Counted from the first letter of the stretch, positions 19,700 to 30,137 are shown. The stretch is 64,000 bases of DNA from an uncultured Candidatus Saccharibacteria bacterium (GCA_964385105.1 CAYLMU010000002.1:53672-117671); one strand, 5' to 3'. Notes: generated from the letters alone by a model not told the origin. Made by a program: numbers and translations.

Positions 19700-20111
19700 A
19701 AAGCTTTTATTATACTTTTTAGTTTCACTTGCACAAATTACATTGTTAGCATTAATACTTAGAAATCTTTCGCTTAGGCTATTGTGGGAGCAAAAGCTAA
19801 ATTGTACGTTCAGTGATGAGAAAAATATAATTGTTTTTTTGATGATTATAGTTGTGGGGTTGTTTTTGTTTTCAATCAAAAAATATATAAAAAATTCTTT
19901 AAGCTCATATATGGCAGGTATTATTGTTGGGGGAGGGTTATTTCATTCACTTGAGCGGTTTTTAACGGGATGTGTTGTGGATTATTTTAAATTTAGTGGG
20001 CTGTATTTTAATATAATTGACGTATTTATAGTAATATCTGTTATGTACTTTATTTATATAGTGCTAGAATTAAAGAGCCAAAATGAAAAAAATATTACTA
20101 ATCGAAGATGA
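19656..20111 (+). CDS. lspA: Probable lipoprotein signal peptidase (signal peptidase II), divergent; start uncertain
   Basis: C-terminal GCVVDYFKF and FNIIDVFIVISVMYFI resemble the LspA catalytic Asp regions; 4 TM segments. The ORF start overlaps the upstream gene by 44 nt. Confidence 0.4.
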   Translation: MHTLKLQPVLNTVNKKLLLYFLVSLAQITLLALILRNLSLRLLWEQKLNCTFSDEKNIIVFLMIIVVGLFLFSIKKYIKNSLSSYMAGIIVGGGLFHSLERFLTGCVVDYFKFSGLYFNIIDVFIVISVMYFIYIVLELKSQNEKNITNRR

Positions 20112-20457
20112 AGTTGATATAAAAGATTTATATACTGAATTTTTAGAGTATGCGGGTTTTAAGGTAATTTCTGCGACAGATGGAGAAGAGGGAATAGCAT
20201 TGGCTCGATCTGAAATATGGGATTTGATGCTGCTTGATATTATGATTCCAAAAGTTAATGGTGTGGATTTACTAAAAAATTTAAACGAAAACTATTTAAT
20301 TAATTCCCGGCCAATTATTATGTTAACCAATTTAGGAGAAGAGAATTTAATAACAGAATGTTTAGAAAATGGTGCAACCGGCTACTTAATAAAGGCAGAA
20401 ATTACTCCCGATAAGATACTTAATGAAGTACAAAGTTATTTAAATCAGGAGAATTAA
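20083..20457 (+). CDS. Stand-alone response-regulator receiver (CheY-like) protein
   Basis: ILLIEDE...D at LLDIMIP...LTN...K; no output domain. Confidence 0.75.
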   Translation: MKKILLIEDEVDIKDLYTEFLEYAGFKVISATDGEEGIALARSEIWDLMLLDIMIPKVNGVDLLKNLNENYLINSRPIIMLTNLGEENLITECLENGATGYLIKAEITPDKILNEVQSYLNQEN

Positions 20458-20458
20458 T

Positions 20459-20830
20459 ATGGTAAAGGTTTTAATTGTAGAAGATGAAACAAGTTTGCTT
20501 GAACTATATGCAGAATTTTTGAAATCAGAAGGATATGATGTAATACAAGCTATAGATGGAGAAATGGGTGTTGAGAAAGCTATAAATGAAGACTGGGACA
20601 TCATGTTTTTAGACATAATGTTGCCTAAGCTTGATGGGCTAGAAGTACTTAAGAAAGTAAAAACACAAGTAGATATTACAAAAAAGCCTATCGTTATGCT
20701 GACGAATTTGGATAATCCTGATGTAGTAAAAGAATGTATTTCAGAGGGCGCAAAAGAATATTTATCAAAAGCAGACATTATACCCCAAACCATCGCTGGA
20801 ACTGTTAGAAAGTATGTTTCCAAAGAGTAA
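20459..20830 (+). CDS. Second stand-alone receiver-domain protein, paralog of the upstream gene
   Basis: VLIVEDE...FLDIMLP...MLTNLD; CAGGAGA SD; starts 2 nt after the stop of the previous gene. Confidence 0.75.
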   Translation: MVKVLIVEDETSLLELYAEFLKSEGYDVIQAIDGEMGVEKAINEDWDIMFLDIMLPKLDGLEVLKKVKTQVDITKKPIVMLTNLDNPDVVKECISEGAKEYLSKADIIPQTIAGTVRKYVSKE

Positions 20831-20838
20831 TACTTTTT

Positions 20839-21537
20839 ATGGATTTAAAAATCATTTTTGAAGATGAGAAAATTTTAGTAGTTAATAAACCTACAGGATT
20901 AATTGTTAATAAATCTCATACAGCTCCGGTAAATACGTTGCAGCAAATGCTTTCTAATTATATTGATGTATCAAGATTTGGTGATGAAAATAGTGATTTT
21001 GTAAACCGTAATGGAATTGTACACAGGTTGGATAAAGATACATCCGGCGTGTTATTAGTTGCCAAAAATCCTGATACTTTTTCAAATCTTCAAGCGCAGT
21101 TTAAAAACAGAAAAGTTAAAAAAGAATACATTGCGTTAGTTTTTGACAAGATTAATAATGACAAAATTCACATTGACGCTCCAATAGCTCGTGACCCAAA
21201 AAACAGAGTTCGTTTCACAATTTCACAAAGTGGCAAAGAGTCTATAACCAAAATAAAGTTACTCAACACATTGCAGATTAATGATAAATGGTTGAGTTTG
21301 GTAAATGTTCAGCCGCTAACGGGCAGAACACATCAAATAAGAATACACATGTTGGCAATAAATCATCCTGTTGTAGGAGATTTCATATATTCCGGAAAGG
21401 GTCGATTAGCTTGGGCAAAGGAGCATGGTTTTGATAGATTAATGCTTCACGCACATAAAATTGGAATTTTGTATCCAAATAATGAATACACCTGGTATGA
21501 AACAGAACTTCCTAAACAGTTTCATGATTTTGTATGA
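20839..21537 (+). CDS. RluA-family pseudouridine synthase
   Basis: HRLDKDTSGVLLVAKN catalytic Asp motif. Confidence 0.8.
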   Translation: MDLKIIFEDEKILVVNKPTGLIVNKSHTAPVNTLQQMLSNYIDVSRFGDENSDFVNRNGIVHRLDKDTSGVLLVAKNPDTFSNLQAQFKNRKVKKEYIALVFDKINNDKIHIDAPIARDPKNRVRFTISQSGKESITKIKLLNTLQINDKWLSLVNVQPLTGRTHQIRIHMLAINHPVVGDFIYSGKGRLAWAKEHGFDRLMLHAHKIGILYPNNEYTWYETELPKQFHDFV

Positions 21538-21604
21538 AACAGATTTAAAAAATATAACTTTCTACTTGATTTCCCACGAATAAATATGCACAATAAACAA
21601 TAGA

Positions 21605-22738
21605 ATGCCCCATAAAACTGCCAAAAAGCCTTTAAAAAAAAGAACATCTAAATCTTTATCCTCAACAAGAAAAGCAAAAAAGCAAGCGCATAGTAAAACT
21701 TGGAGGAAGGCTGCAAAAGTACGAAGAGCAAAGAATGCTAGAAAAGAACTTGTTTTGAAATATGTGTCTATTTTTGCACTTTTTACAATATCGTTTTTGT
21801 TTTTATTCGCAGTTGTGTCATACAAAAAGTTGACACTTCCATTTGCTTCAGCATCCTCAAACACATCATCTGACATAAAAAATGAAGAATTATATGTTAT
21901 TTCACTTCTTGTCGTTGACAATTTTGAATCTGATACTCTACAAACAAATACCGCATACAAAATCTTTCTAAATTTTGAAAACAATTTGGTACATGTTTAT
22001 AAATTGGACGGTAATTTACAACTGGATGTAATGGGTAAATATACATATGAACCACTTTCAAAAATTGCATTGCTTGGAAAGAGTATAAATAACAATACTA
22101 ATGAGAAAGGATTTGAAATGACTGATCAAACCATGCAAAATCTTTTTGGATATGCGAGCAATAGATATATTGTAGTAGATGAAAATATGAGATTAACAGC
22201 TGAGAGGCTATTTCTTGAAGGTAAGTCCGAAATTCCACTTAGTCTGGACTTTTTAAATATGCTTAATAAGTCTGTAATTACCGACTTTTCAGCGTCAGAA
22301 ATGTATTATGTTTATCAATTTATGACATCGTTACCTGCAGGAAGTATTGTGATTTCTGAAGTAAAAGAATCTCATGTTGATGAGCCTGAAATTCTTGATA
22401 AACAAATTAGAGATATCACGTTTGATTCTATTGTAGCCCGAGAAAAGAAAAATATAGCTGTTTTAAATGGCACGTCACTGCCGGGATTAGCAACTTTTGG
22501 CTCACGGGTAATAACTAACTTAGGCGGTCGTGTAATTTCTTCGGATAACGCAACGAAACACTATGAAGAAAGTGTATTAATAGTAGATGATAAAAATTCT
22601 GAAAGTGTGAAACAAATACAGCAATTTTTTGATGTGGCAAAAGTAGTAGAGAAGGATAATTCTAATTATTATGAAAACGAAGTGATTCGAGCAGACATTG
22701 TTTTGATTTTAGGTCTTGACATGGAAAATAGGCTGTGA
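21605..22738 (+). CDS. LytR-CpsA-Psr (LCP) family envelope protein: basic N-terminal tail, TM anchor, LCP core and LytR_C domain
   Basis: LYVISLLVVDN...SDT resembles the LCP LLGsD motif. C-terminal KKNIAVLNGTSLPGLATFGSRV resembles LytR_C. Confidence 0.55.
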   Translation: MPHKTAKKPLKKRTSKSLSSTRKAKKQAHSKTWRKAAKVRRAKNARKELVLKYVSIFALFTISFLFLFAVVSYKKLTLPFASASSNTSSDIKNEELYVISLLVVDNFESDTLQTNTAYKIFLNFENNLVHVYKLDGNLQLDVMGKYTYEPLSKIALLGKSINNNTNEKGFEMTDQTMQNLFGYASNRYIVVDENMRLTAERLFLEGKSEIPLSLDFLNMLNKSVITDFSASEMYYVYQFMTSLPAGSIVISEVKESHVDEPEILDKQIRDITFDSIVAREKKNIAVLNGTSLPGLATFGSRVITNLGGRVISSDNATKHYEESVLIVDDKNSESVKQIQQFFDVAKVVEKDNSNYYENEVIRADIVLILGLDMENRL

Positions 22739-22804
22739 GAATATATGTATTAGCGTAGTCTCTCTCCTTTTTCAACCCCCGTCCCAAATTAGGGCGGGGG
22801 TTAT

Positions 22805-25294
22805 ATGATTTTATATGTAGTTTTGCCGGTAATTTTAATAGGTGGTATTTTAGGGGGTTTTTATAAGCTTAAGAAAAAAAGCGTCACTATAACATTAGAA
22901 GATCAGGAAATAGTGATTTTAGAAATACAAGTTCCTAAAATAGAAGAGGAAAGTTTAACAGACACACATATTTTTTCACTTTCTGCAGAACATTTATTTG
23001 CATCACTTCATGGATTACTTCAAGACAATACGGTAGAGCAGGAATGTTTCTCTTTTGAAATCAGCTCAGATTCAACCGGAATACGTTTTTTTATGACAGC
23101 ACCAAGAGGCATAATAAAATTTGTAGAAAGTCAGCTTTATGCCCAATATCCAAAAGCGCAACTAAAAATTATTGATGATTATGTAAAAACCGAACTATTG
23201 GAACATAGATTCTATGAAGTAGGTACTTTTTCGTTGAGAAAAGATTACTTTTTTCCTATAAAAGTATTTAGAAATTTTGAAATAGACCCATTGGCAAATG
23301 TTATGGCAAGTTTATCGGAAATTAATGAGAGTGAGTCAATTTGGATTCAATATGTAATAAAACCAATATCCGACGGTTGGCAGCAACCGGGACATGATTA
23401 TATTGACATGATTAAAACAGGAACTCAGCCGAGAAGTGAGTCGCTTTTTACCTGGTTTATTACAGGACTGATTAGAGAGCTAAGTTTAGTTATAACAGAA
23501 ATTCCTACAGCACTTTTTAGGCCAAGTGAGCCTACTGTTCGAGCTCCTGCAAAACCTGCCGGAAGTGAAGAAGTTAGGTTAACCACTTTTCAGGAACTTG
23601 AAATTTCATCAATTGAAGAAAAGCTGGCTAGACTAGGTTTTGAAGTGGTAATAAGAGTTGTATCAACAGCAGAAGATGAAGCCCGTGTAAAAAGCAATTT
23701 AAGGTCAATTAATGCCTCATTTAAGCAGTTTACAGGAACAAATTTAAACGAATTGGTTTTAAACATTTCAGACAGCAAGGAAGCAGCAATAGAAAAATAC
23801 AAAAAACGTTATTTAGATGTAGAAGAAGCTATAACCTTAAGCAATGAAGAAATCGCAACCGTGTTTCATTTACCTTCAACAAGAGCTAAAGCCCCAAATG
23901 TGTCATGGGTTTATTCAAAACAAGGTGAGCCGCCGTCAATGCTTCCAACCGAAGATGTGACTTATATCGGCGAAACCATATTTAGAGGGAAAAAAGTTCG
24001 ATTTGGATTACGCAACGGTGATGATCGATTAAGACATATGTACTTAATAGGTAAAACCGGAAGCGGTAAATCAACTTTACTTGAAACCATGATTTATCAG
24101 GATATATTAAATGGCCATGGTGTAGGCGTTCTTGATCCGCATGGCGAAACAATTGACCACATTTTAGAAAGAATACCTGATGAGCGTGTTGATGATGTTA
24201 TTTTATTTGATCCATCCGATACAGAAATGCCCATCGGATTAAACTTGCTTGAGATAGATGACCAGTCACAAAAAAATCTTATGACTTCAGCTTTGTTATC
24301 GGCAATTAAACAGCATTTTGATTTTTCATGGGGTCCCAGACTTGAATACTTGCTTAATTACGCACTCTTAACTCTAGTAGAAGTTCCGGGTACCTCAATG
24401 TTAGGTATAACCAGATTATTAGAAGACAGAAATTATCAAAACTACATTTTACATAAAGTACAAGATCCAATTATAAGACGCTTTTGGGAAGAAGAATTTA
24501 AAGAAATGCGCGGAAATCAAAAACTAGTAACAGAAGCAATTGCTCCGATTCAAAACAAAGTAAACAGATTTTTAGCTTCAACAACAATTAGAAATATTTT
24601 GGGGCAGAGAAATTCCACATTTAGTATCTGGGATGTCATGCAAGGCCGCAAGATTCTATTAATGAACTTATCAAAAGGTAAAATAGGGGAGGATAATGCA
24701 AATTTGTTGGGGGCGCTATTGGTTTCAAGAATACAATTTATGTCATTGCAAAGAGCAAGAATTGCGCCTGAAGAGCGTGTTCCTTTTTATTTATATGTAG
24801 ATGAATTTCAAAACTTTGCAACCGGAAGCTTTGAATCTGTGTTATCGGAGTCAAGAAAATATAAACTGGGGCTGTATCTAACTCACCAATACACCTCACA
24901 GCTTCCTGATGAGCTCTTAAAGGCCGTTTTTGGTAACGTGGGTACAATTGCGTCTTTTTCACTTGGCGCTCCTGATGCACGGGTTTTATCAAGTGAGTTT
25001 GCTCCATATTTTGATGAAGAAGACATAATATCTTTGGAAAGATTCCATATTTATATTAAACTTATGATAGACGGCATGACATCGCTTCCTTTTTCGGCTA
25101 AAATATTATTGCCGTGGAACGAAGAAACATCAGTCGCTCCAAAAACAGGCAATAAAGAACTGGTTATAGAAAGAAGCAGACAAAGATATGGTAGAGATAG
25201 GGCATATGTGGAAGAAGTGATTAAACGCTGGGTAGAAAGACCGTTTGATAAGGGAATGGCAATTGCCGAAGAGCACAAAGAAAAGCAAAATTAA
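22805..25294 (+). CDS. Membrane-anchored P-loop ATPase of the FtsK/HerA/VirB4-VirD4 (DUF87-like) superfamily
   Basis: N-terminal TM helix, a 400-aa N-domain, Walker A YLIGKTGSGKSTLLE...VLDPHGE, Walker B YLYVDEFQNF, and SRKYKLGLYLTHQYTSQL. Confidence 0.6.
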   Translation: MILYVVLPVILIGGILGGFYKLKKKSVTITLEDQEIVILEIQVPKIEEESLTDTHIFSLSAEHLFASLHGLLQDNTVEQECFSFEISSDSTGIRFFMTAPRGIIKFVESQLYAQYPKAQLKIIDDYVKTELLEHRFYEVGTFSLRKDYFFPIKVFRNFEIDPLANVMASLSEINESESIWIQYVIKPISDGWQQPGHDYIDMIKTGTQPRSESLFTWFITGLIRELSLVITEIPTALFRPSEPTVRAPAKPAGSEEVRLTTFQELEISSIEEKLARLGFEVVIRVVSTAEDEARVKSNLRSINASFKQFTGTNLNELVLNISDSKEAAIEKYKKRYLDVEEAITLSNEEIATVFHLPSTRAKAPNVSWVYSKQGEPPSMLPTEDVTYIGETIFRGKKVRFGLRNGDDRLRHMYLIGKTGSGKSTLLETMIYQDILNGHGVGVLDPHGETIDHILERIPDERVDDVILFDPSDTEMPIGLNLLEIDDQSQKNLMTSALLSAIKQHFDFSWGPRLEYLLNYALLTLVEVPGTSMLGITRLLEDRNYQNYILHKVQDPIIRRFWEEEFKEMRGNQKLVTEAIAPIQNKVNRFLASTTIRNILGQRNSTFSIWDVMQGRKILLMNLSKGKIGEDNANLLGALLVSRIQFMSLQRARIAPEERVPFYLYVDEFQNFATGSFESVLSESRKYKLGLYLTHQYTSQLPDELLKAVFGNVGTIASFSLGAPDARVLSSEFAPYFDEEDIISLERFHIYIKLMIDGMTSLPFSAKILLPWNEETSVAPKTGNKELVIERSRQRYGRDRAYVEEVIKRWVERPFDKGMAIAEEHKEKQN

Positions 25295-25302
25295 GAATTA
25301 AT

Positions 25303-26034
25303 ATGTCTGAAATACAAAAACTAAAAGAACAATTAGCCCAAATAAAAAAAAGTGTAGAAAGAATTGAGAAAGAGTTAGCAAGGCTGGAGAAGGGAAGTGG
25401 TAATGGGTCGGCAAAGAAGCCGGCAGTAGCAGAACAGGATAACGAACCTGGTGTTGTTGGAACATTTGATGGGTTTAACATGCTCACTGATTCAGGTGAA
25501 AAGTTTGAAGTACCGTCTAACTATGCAGCTAAATCCAGACTTGTTTATGGCGATAAGTTAAAAATGACCGAAACTGACGGGAAGAAGTTTTTTAAACAAA
25601 TCGAAAAAATTCCGCGTCGAAAGATAGAAGGGATAATAAATAAAAAAGAAGGGAAATGGTACTTTTTATCTCATGCCGGTTCATATAGAATTTCTGACAC
25701 AGCTGCTGAGTACAATTCGGTAAGGCTTAATGACGAGGCAATTGCACTTATTCCGGAAAATAACATAAATGCACCTTTTGCTACACTTGATAAGGTAGTA
25801 ACACCTGCATCACAACCACAACCGGCACAACAAAAGCCTAATCAACCAAAGCTTAAAAATAATAATGAATCAAATGAGCCAAAATCTGCTGCTCCGGCGA
25901 ATCCAGCCCCTCAAAAAGGTTTACCCACAGAATCACCCGAAGCAGAAATAAATTTAAAAACTGAAGACACCAAACCGCAAGCCCCTGAATTACCTGACAA
26001 CCCAAGAATTATTGCAGAAGAAGACCTTCGTTAG
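25303..26034 (+). CDS. Hypothetical protein: N-terminal coiled coil with a Pro/Gln/Asn-rich low-complexity C-terminus
   Basis: 243-aa ORF immediately after the ATPase gene. Confidence 0.45.
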   Translation: MSEIQKLKEQLAQIKKSVERIEKELARLEKGSGNGSAKKPAVAEQDNEPGVVGTFDGFNMLTDSGEKFEVPSNYAAKSRLVYGDKLKMTETDGKKFFKQIEKIPRRKIEGIINKKEGKWYFLSHAGSYRISDTAAEYNSVRLNDEAIALIPENNINAPFATLDKVVTPASQPQPAQQKPNQPKLKNNNESNEPKSAAPANPAPQKGLPTESPEAEINLKTEDTKPQAPELPDNPRIIAEEDLR

Positions 26035-26132
26035 TATCAATCGTACTTGGCGCCGTAATGGAAAATTTTAGATAAATAAAAAAAGTAAATTCAAAGTTTG
26101 CTATTAGTCTTTTGCTATTAGACTGTAGTCAA

Positions 26133-26813
26133 CTATTCAACTTCCTCAGTTTCGTCATCATAACTCTCAACTTCAAGTTCAGGTTCATCAATTGAGCCTT
26201 TTCTCATATATGGTGTCACGTCTTGCTTTTCGCCTTTAAATACAGGTATAGTGGTTTGAATAAATAATGTCATTTCTTTTTCGCTTCCTTTTAAAAAGTA
26301 AGCTTTCGAGCTGCCACCCTCACGTTTTACTTTATTTAATGATTTTAACAAGTGTGCGTCTTTAATTTCTGTAACCTTTTTTCCGTTATATGATGCGCTT
26401 ATGAATGAGGTGTTTACTTTAAGTTCCAATTCTTCGCCATAGCTCATGTGGTTTGCTGTAATTCCTTTTTCAGTGATTACAGTTTTTATTTCAGTAGTTG
26501 TACCCGGTTCTTTAATAAATGATCTACTGTTTGCTGTTTTTATTCCATTTGTTGTTTTGTGGCTCTTTGCAAGTTCTAAATTCTTTTGGGCTACGGAGTT
26601 AATGGGATCTATCTTCAAGACTTCCTGGTATAGTTTTTTTGCTTTATCAAATTCTTTTGTTTTAAGATAAGCGTTTGCAAGTCTTACCTTTGCTTTTATG
26701 TTTAAGGGGTCTGTTTTTAAAATCTCCTTATTTATTTCAATAGCATCTTTCCAGCTTTCGCTGAGGGCAAGTTTTATCGCTTTTTTTTCTAACTGAGGTG
26801 TATTATTTCTCAT
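26133..26813 (-). CDS. TPR-repeat protein
   Basis: Three TPR-like units, e.g. AKVRLANAYLKTKEFDKAKKLYQEVLKIDPIN. Confidence 0.6.
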   Translation of the reverse strand: MRNNTPQLEKKAIKLALSESWKDAIEINKEILKTDPLNIKAKVRLANAYLKTKEFDKAKKLYQEVLKIDPINSVAQKNLELAKSHKTTNGIKTANSRSFIKEPGTTTEIKTVITEKGITANHMSYGEELELKVNTSFISASYNGKKVTEIKDAHLLKSLNKVKREGGSSKAYFLKGSEKEMTLFIQTTIPVFKGEKQDVTPYMRKGSIDEPELEVESYDDETEEVE

Positions 26814-26892
26814 TTCAACTAGTAAAACTTTACCGAAATTTGAAACTTTGTCAATATGAAATTTTTATAATCCCCATGATACAATGTTGAAC

Positions 26893-27432
26893 ATGGCAGG
26901 ACATTCCAAGTGGCATAATATAAAAAGAAAAAAAGAAGCAACGGACGCAAAAAAAGGCCAGCAGTTTACAAAAGTCAGCCGATTAATTACTGTTGCAGCA
27001 AGAAATGGTGGGGGAGATCCTGATTCTAACCCTTCACTAAGGTTGGCTATTGAAAAGGCAAAATCCGTAAATATGCCAAAAGATAATATTGAGAGGGCAA
27101 TTCAAAAGGGGACAGGCGGCTCAGACGGGGCAGGTTATGATGAAATTGTTTATGAAGGTTATGGTCCTGAGGGTGTGGCATTTATGGTATTTGCGCTTAC
27201 AGACAACAGAAACAGAACCGTGGCTGAAATAAAAAATATATTTGATAAACACGGGGGAACACTTGGTAATCCGGGTAGTGCCTCTTATATATTTGATGCA
27301 AAAACAAAAGAGCCTCTATTTTCTGTGCCCGTGTCTGATAAGTCGGTCATTGACACTTTAGAAAGCTTAACTGAGTCACTTGAAGAAAATGAGGATGTAC
27401 AAGATGTTTACTTTAATTACACAGAAGCTTAA
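26893..27432 (+). CDS. yebC: YebC/PmpR-family (DUF28) probable transcriptional regulator, shorter than typical
   Basis: [14 protein letters not shown]...[12 protein letters not shown]...[10 protein letters not shown]. Confidence 0.75.
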   Translation: MAGHSKWHNIKRKKEATDAKKGQQFTKVSRLITVAARNGGGDPDSNPSLRLAIEKAKSVNMPKDNIERAIQKGTGGSDGAGYDEIVYEGYGPEGVAFMVFALTDNRNRTVAEIKNIFDKHGGTLGNPGSASYIFDAKTKEPLFSVPVSDKSVIDTLESLTESLEENEDVQDVYFNYTEA

Positions 27433-28231
27433 CGCTTTAATTAACAACAAAAAATTACGATATTTACTTTTATCTATTGTTACTGTTTTAGCATTGTACG
27501 TAATGACTATGTCGGCAGAAACTCCAACCGATCTATTTTATTTAATTGGCTTTGTTTTGCTGTTTGCAGTAGGAAGCGTATTGGTTGCACAATTTACAAG
27601 TTTAATAAGCACTTCGTATGTTCTTTTTATGGTTTTACCTGTGCACCTTGTGATTGGGTTTATGACCTCATTTTACTTTTTCCCTAATTTAAGCGTACTA
27701 ATTAAGATGATTGCGTTTATATTAGCCGGAATAATAATTTATGTATTGTTTTTAATTAATAATGTTTTCTTGGTTGTAGAAGAAAAGGGGACACTTATAC
27801 CTTTATATAATGCAGCTATTTCATGGGTTCAGATGATTATTGTTATTATTGCGATTCCGTACTTTTCAGGGATATTTAAAGTACCGAGCAACTATATTTC
27901 TCAAAATGTTTTTGTTATGGTATCAAGTTTTATGTTTTATTTTTATATGATTTGGGCAGTAACTTTTGATCCGGATATAAAAAAGACTTCTGTTTCAGAG
28001 AGAACTATTTTAGCAACTTTATTGTCTTTTATTACTTTTTGTTGTGGAATGGCGGTTTCTTTTGTACCTACCGAATCATTTTTACGAGCGTTGTTTTTAG
28101 TATCTGTAGTGCTATTTTCATTGGCTTATATACAGGCTCATTATAAAAACCGATTAAATACCCGCATGATTATGGAATATGGATTTATATCATTAATATT
28201 TTTTTTAATTTTGCTTGCTTTTAATCCGTAG
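27380..28231 (+). CDS. Polytopic membrane protein (about 8 TM); start uncertain (27380 or 27404)
   Basis: Hydrophobic ORF; overlaps the yebC end. Confidence 0.5.
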   Translation: MKKMRMYKMFTLITQKLNALINNKKLRYLLLSIVTVLALYVMTMSAETPTDLFYLIGFVLLFAVGSVLVAQFTSLISTSYVLFMVLPVHLVIGFMTSFYFFPNLSVLIKMIAFILAGIIIYVLFLINNVFLVVEEKGTLIPLYNAAISWVQMIIVIIAIPYFSGIFKVPSNYISQNVFVMVSSFMFYFYMIWAVTFDPDIKKTSVSERTILATLLSFITFCCGMAVSFVPTESFLRALFLVSVVLFSLAYIQAHYKNRLNTRMIMEYGFISLIFFLILLAFNP

Positions 28232-28239
28232 ATTTTTAT

Positions 28240-29100
28240 TTACATTTAGGCTAGGGAAGAGCGGCGTATCAACAAATAGTCGCTACAGATGTAGAGAAGT
28301 GGAGCAGGAGAGTAGCAGCCTATAGTTTACAGTGCTAAAAGTGGTTAAACTATAGGGTACATTTGTCATACATATTGCGACGCGTTTGTCATAGTTTTTT
28401 AACAATTGCTTTGTTGATACGTGAGAATATGTTAGTACAACAATAAATAATGGCTGTCATATATTTGCATAACATAGGTTGTCATACTTTTTGATGGGGA
28501 GTATAGTTACTGCCTGTGGATAACCTGCGGTTATTATTCAAACATACCGAAGAAGCCTGGGTTCATCTTTGTTCGTGAATTAATTAAATATTAAATTAAA
28601 TAGAGTAATTAATACAAAAAATTGTTGTTAATTTATACAGACACCAAAGCCATTCCCTTTTTTAGTACAGAACTCTAACTTATTGATGTTATAAATCATA
28701 ACGTGTTTAGAAGTCGTTAAACATACATTATACGACGTCAAATATTTTGAGTTTTGTACTTCTCTTTCAAGAGCTTTGTATATAAAAATTAATCTTTTTA
28801 ATGCACACGATTTTTTGTTTTATTTTTTGATAATTTCATTTCTCCACACTTTCTACTTCTCTATTTTTTATTTCTCTTTTACCGCATTCATTTCTTTATA
28901 ATTCCCGCATTTCTTATATTATAAAATTGCATTATACCTCCTATCTTTTGCATATCCTTTTGTTACAGCTAAAAGCACATTCAAGGCCACAGAATGCCCT
29001 AGGAAGCATTTTATTTTATTTGATAACATCTAGTACCTCCAAAATAAATAAATCCACATACATTTTTGCTCGTTTATCATAAAGTGGTAAAATTATACTT
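28240..29100. promoter_or_regulatory. An 870-bp AT-rich gene-free region containing DnaA-box-like 9-mers, four TGTCATA elements, an 11-bp perfect inverted repeat and long AT tracts. I flag it as a candidate replication origin or large regulatory region
   Basis: Perfect TTATCCACA on the minus strand at 28515-28523; TTCTCCACA at 28840-28848; AAATCCACA at 29050-29058. A tract of more than 80% AT at 28580-28660. Inverted repeat cctatagttta/taaactatagg at 28319-28356. No ORF of 60 aa or more on either strand. Confidence 0.35.
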
Positions 29101-29105
29101 ATAGT

Positions 29106-30137
29106 ATGAACCTGTCCATCCAAACACATTTAATAAATTACCTTGAACATTGTGAAATAGAAAAAAATCTTTCTCAAAGCACTATTAAAATGTATCACTT
29201 TTATTTAAGTGATTTTATAGAATGGTTAAAAGAATACTTGGGTCGTGATGATGTTTCTGTTGACGATATAACTTATGAAATCATTAAAAAGTACCGTTTA
29301 AATTTAAATCGAAGAATAAGTTATAAATCAAATGAAGAGCTTAAGAAATCAACTCAAAAAACCTTTTTGGTGGCACTGAGAGCCTTTTTAAAGTATTTAG
29401 TGGTTGAGGAAGATGTAAATGCCATCTCACCGGATAAAATCATCCTAGGAAAGCCTGAGGCCCGCGTACCTAAAGTATTGGATGAAGAGCAGCTTGAGAG
29501 GCTTTTTGCCGTACAAAATTTAAATAAACGTTCTGGAATTCGTGACAGAGCAATTTTAGAAACTTTGTTTAGCACAGGATTACGAGTTTCGGAGCTTGTA
29601 GCACTTAATGTGGCTGATGTTAATTTAAATTCCGGTGAGTTCACTGTTGTTGGTAAAGGAAGAAAAGTTCGTACAGTGTATTTGAGCGATTCTGCACGCG
29701 AATGGATACGTCGTTATATTCAAACCCGACGCGACGAGTTTGCTCCACTTTTTTTAAGATATTCGGGTAAGAAAATGGAGGAGGAAGACGTAGATGGTGA
29801 ATCATTAAGATTGTCTGAAAGAAGTGTTCAACGTATGGTTAAAAAATACGTAACCAGAGCCGGAATCAGTATAGATGCTACTCCCCACACTTTAAGACAT
29901 TCTTTTGCAACAGGTTTGTTACGAGAGGGCGCAGATTTAAGAAGTGTGCAGGAACTTTTAGGTCACAGCAGTGTTTCAACAACTCAAATATATACGCATA
30001 TTACAAGCCATCAGTTACGAGAGACGCATAAAAAGTTTCATAAAGATTTGGATATTTCACAAAATGAAGTTACTAATGAGGTTTCTGTTGATGTTGATTT
30101 AGATTTTGAAAATGGCGAGATAGAGTCTTTATTTTAA
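29106..30137 (+). CDS. xerC: Tyrosine site-specific recombinase, XerC/XerD family
   Basis: N-terminal core-binding domain; RDRAILETLFSTGLRVSEL; catalytic RHSFAT...LGHSS...Y tetrad. Confidence 0.85.
   Translation: MNLSIQTHLINYLEHCEIEKNLSQSTIKMYHFYLSDFIEWLKEYLGRDDVSVDDITYEIIKKYRLNLNRRISYKSNEELKKSTQKTFLVALRAFLKYLVVEEDVNAISPDKIILGKPEARVPKVLDEEQLERLFAVQNLNKRSGIRDRAILETLFSTGLRVSELVALNVADVNLNSGEFTVVGKGRKVRTVYLSDSAREWIRRYIQTRRDEFAPLFLRYSGKKMEEEDVDGESLRLSERSVQRMVKKYVTRAGISIDATPHTLRHSFATGLLREGADLRSVQELLGHSSVSTTQIYTHITSHQLRETHKKFHKDLDISQNEVTNEVSVDVDLDFENGEIESLF

Noticed and set aside
21562-21984. 140-aa minus-strand ORF
   Set aside because: It is fully embedded in the N-terminus of the 377-aa LCP-family gene on the plus strand, which has recognisable motifs. 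It is an antisense artefact.
28363-28496. TTGTCATA repeats read as DnaA boxes
   Set aside because: They differ from TTATCCACA at four or more positions. Only the 9-mers at 28515, 28840 and 29050 are DnaA-box-like.
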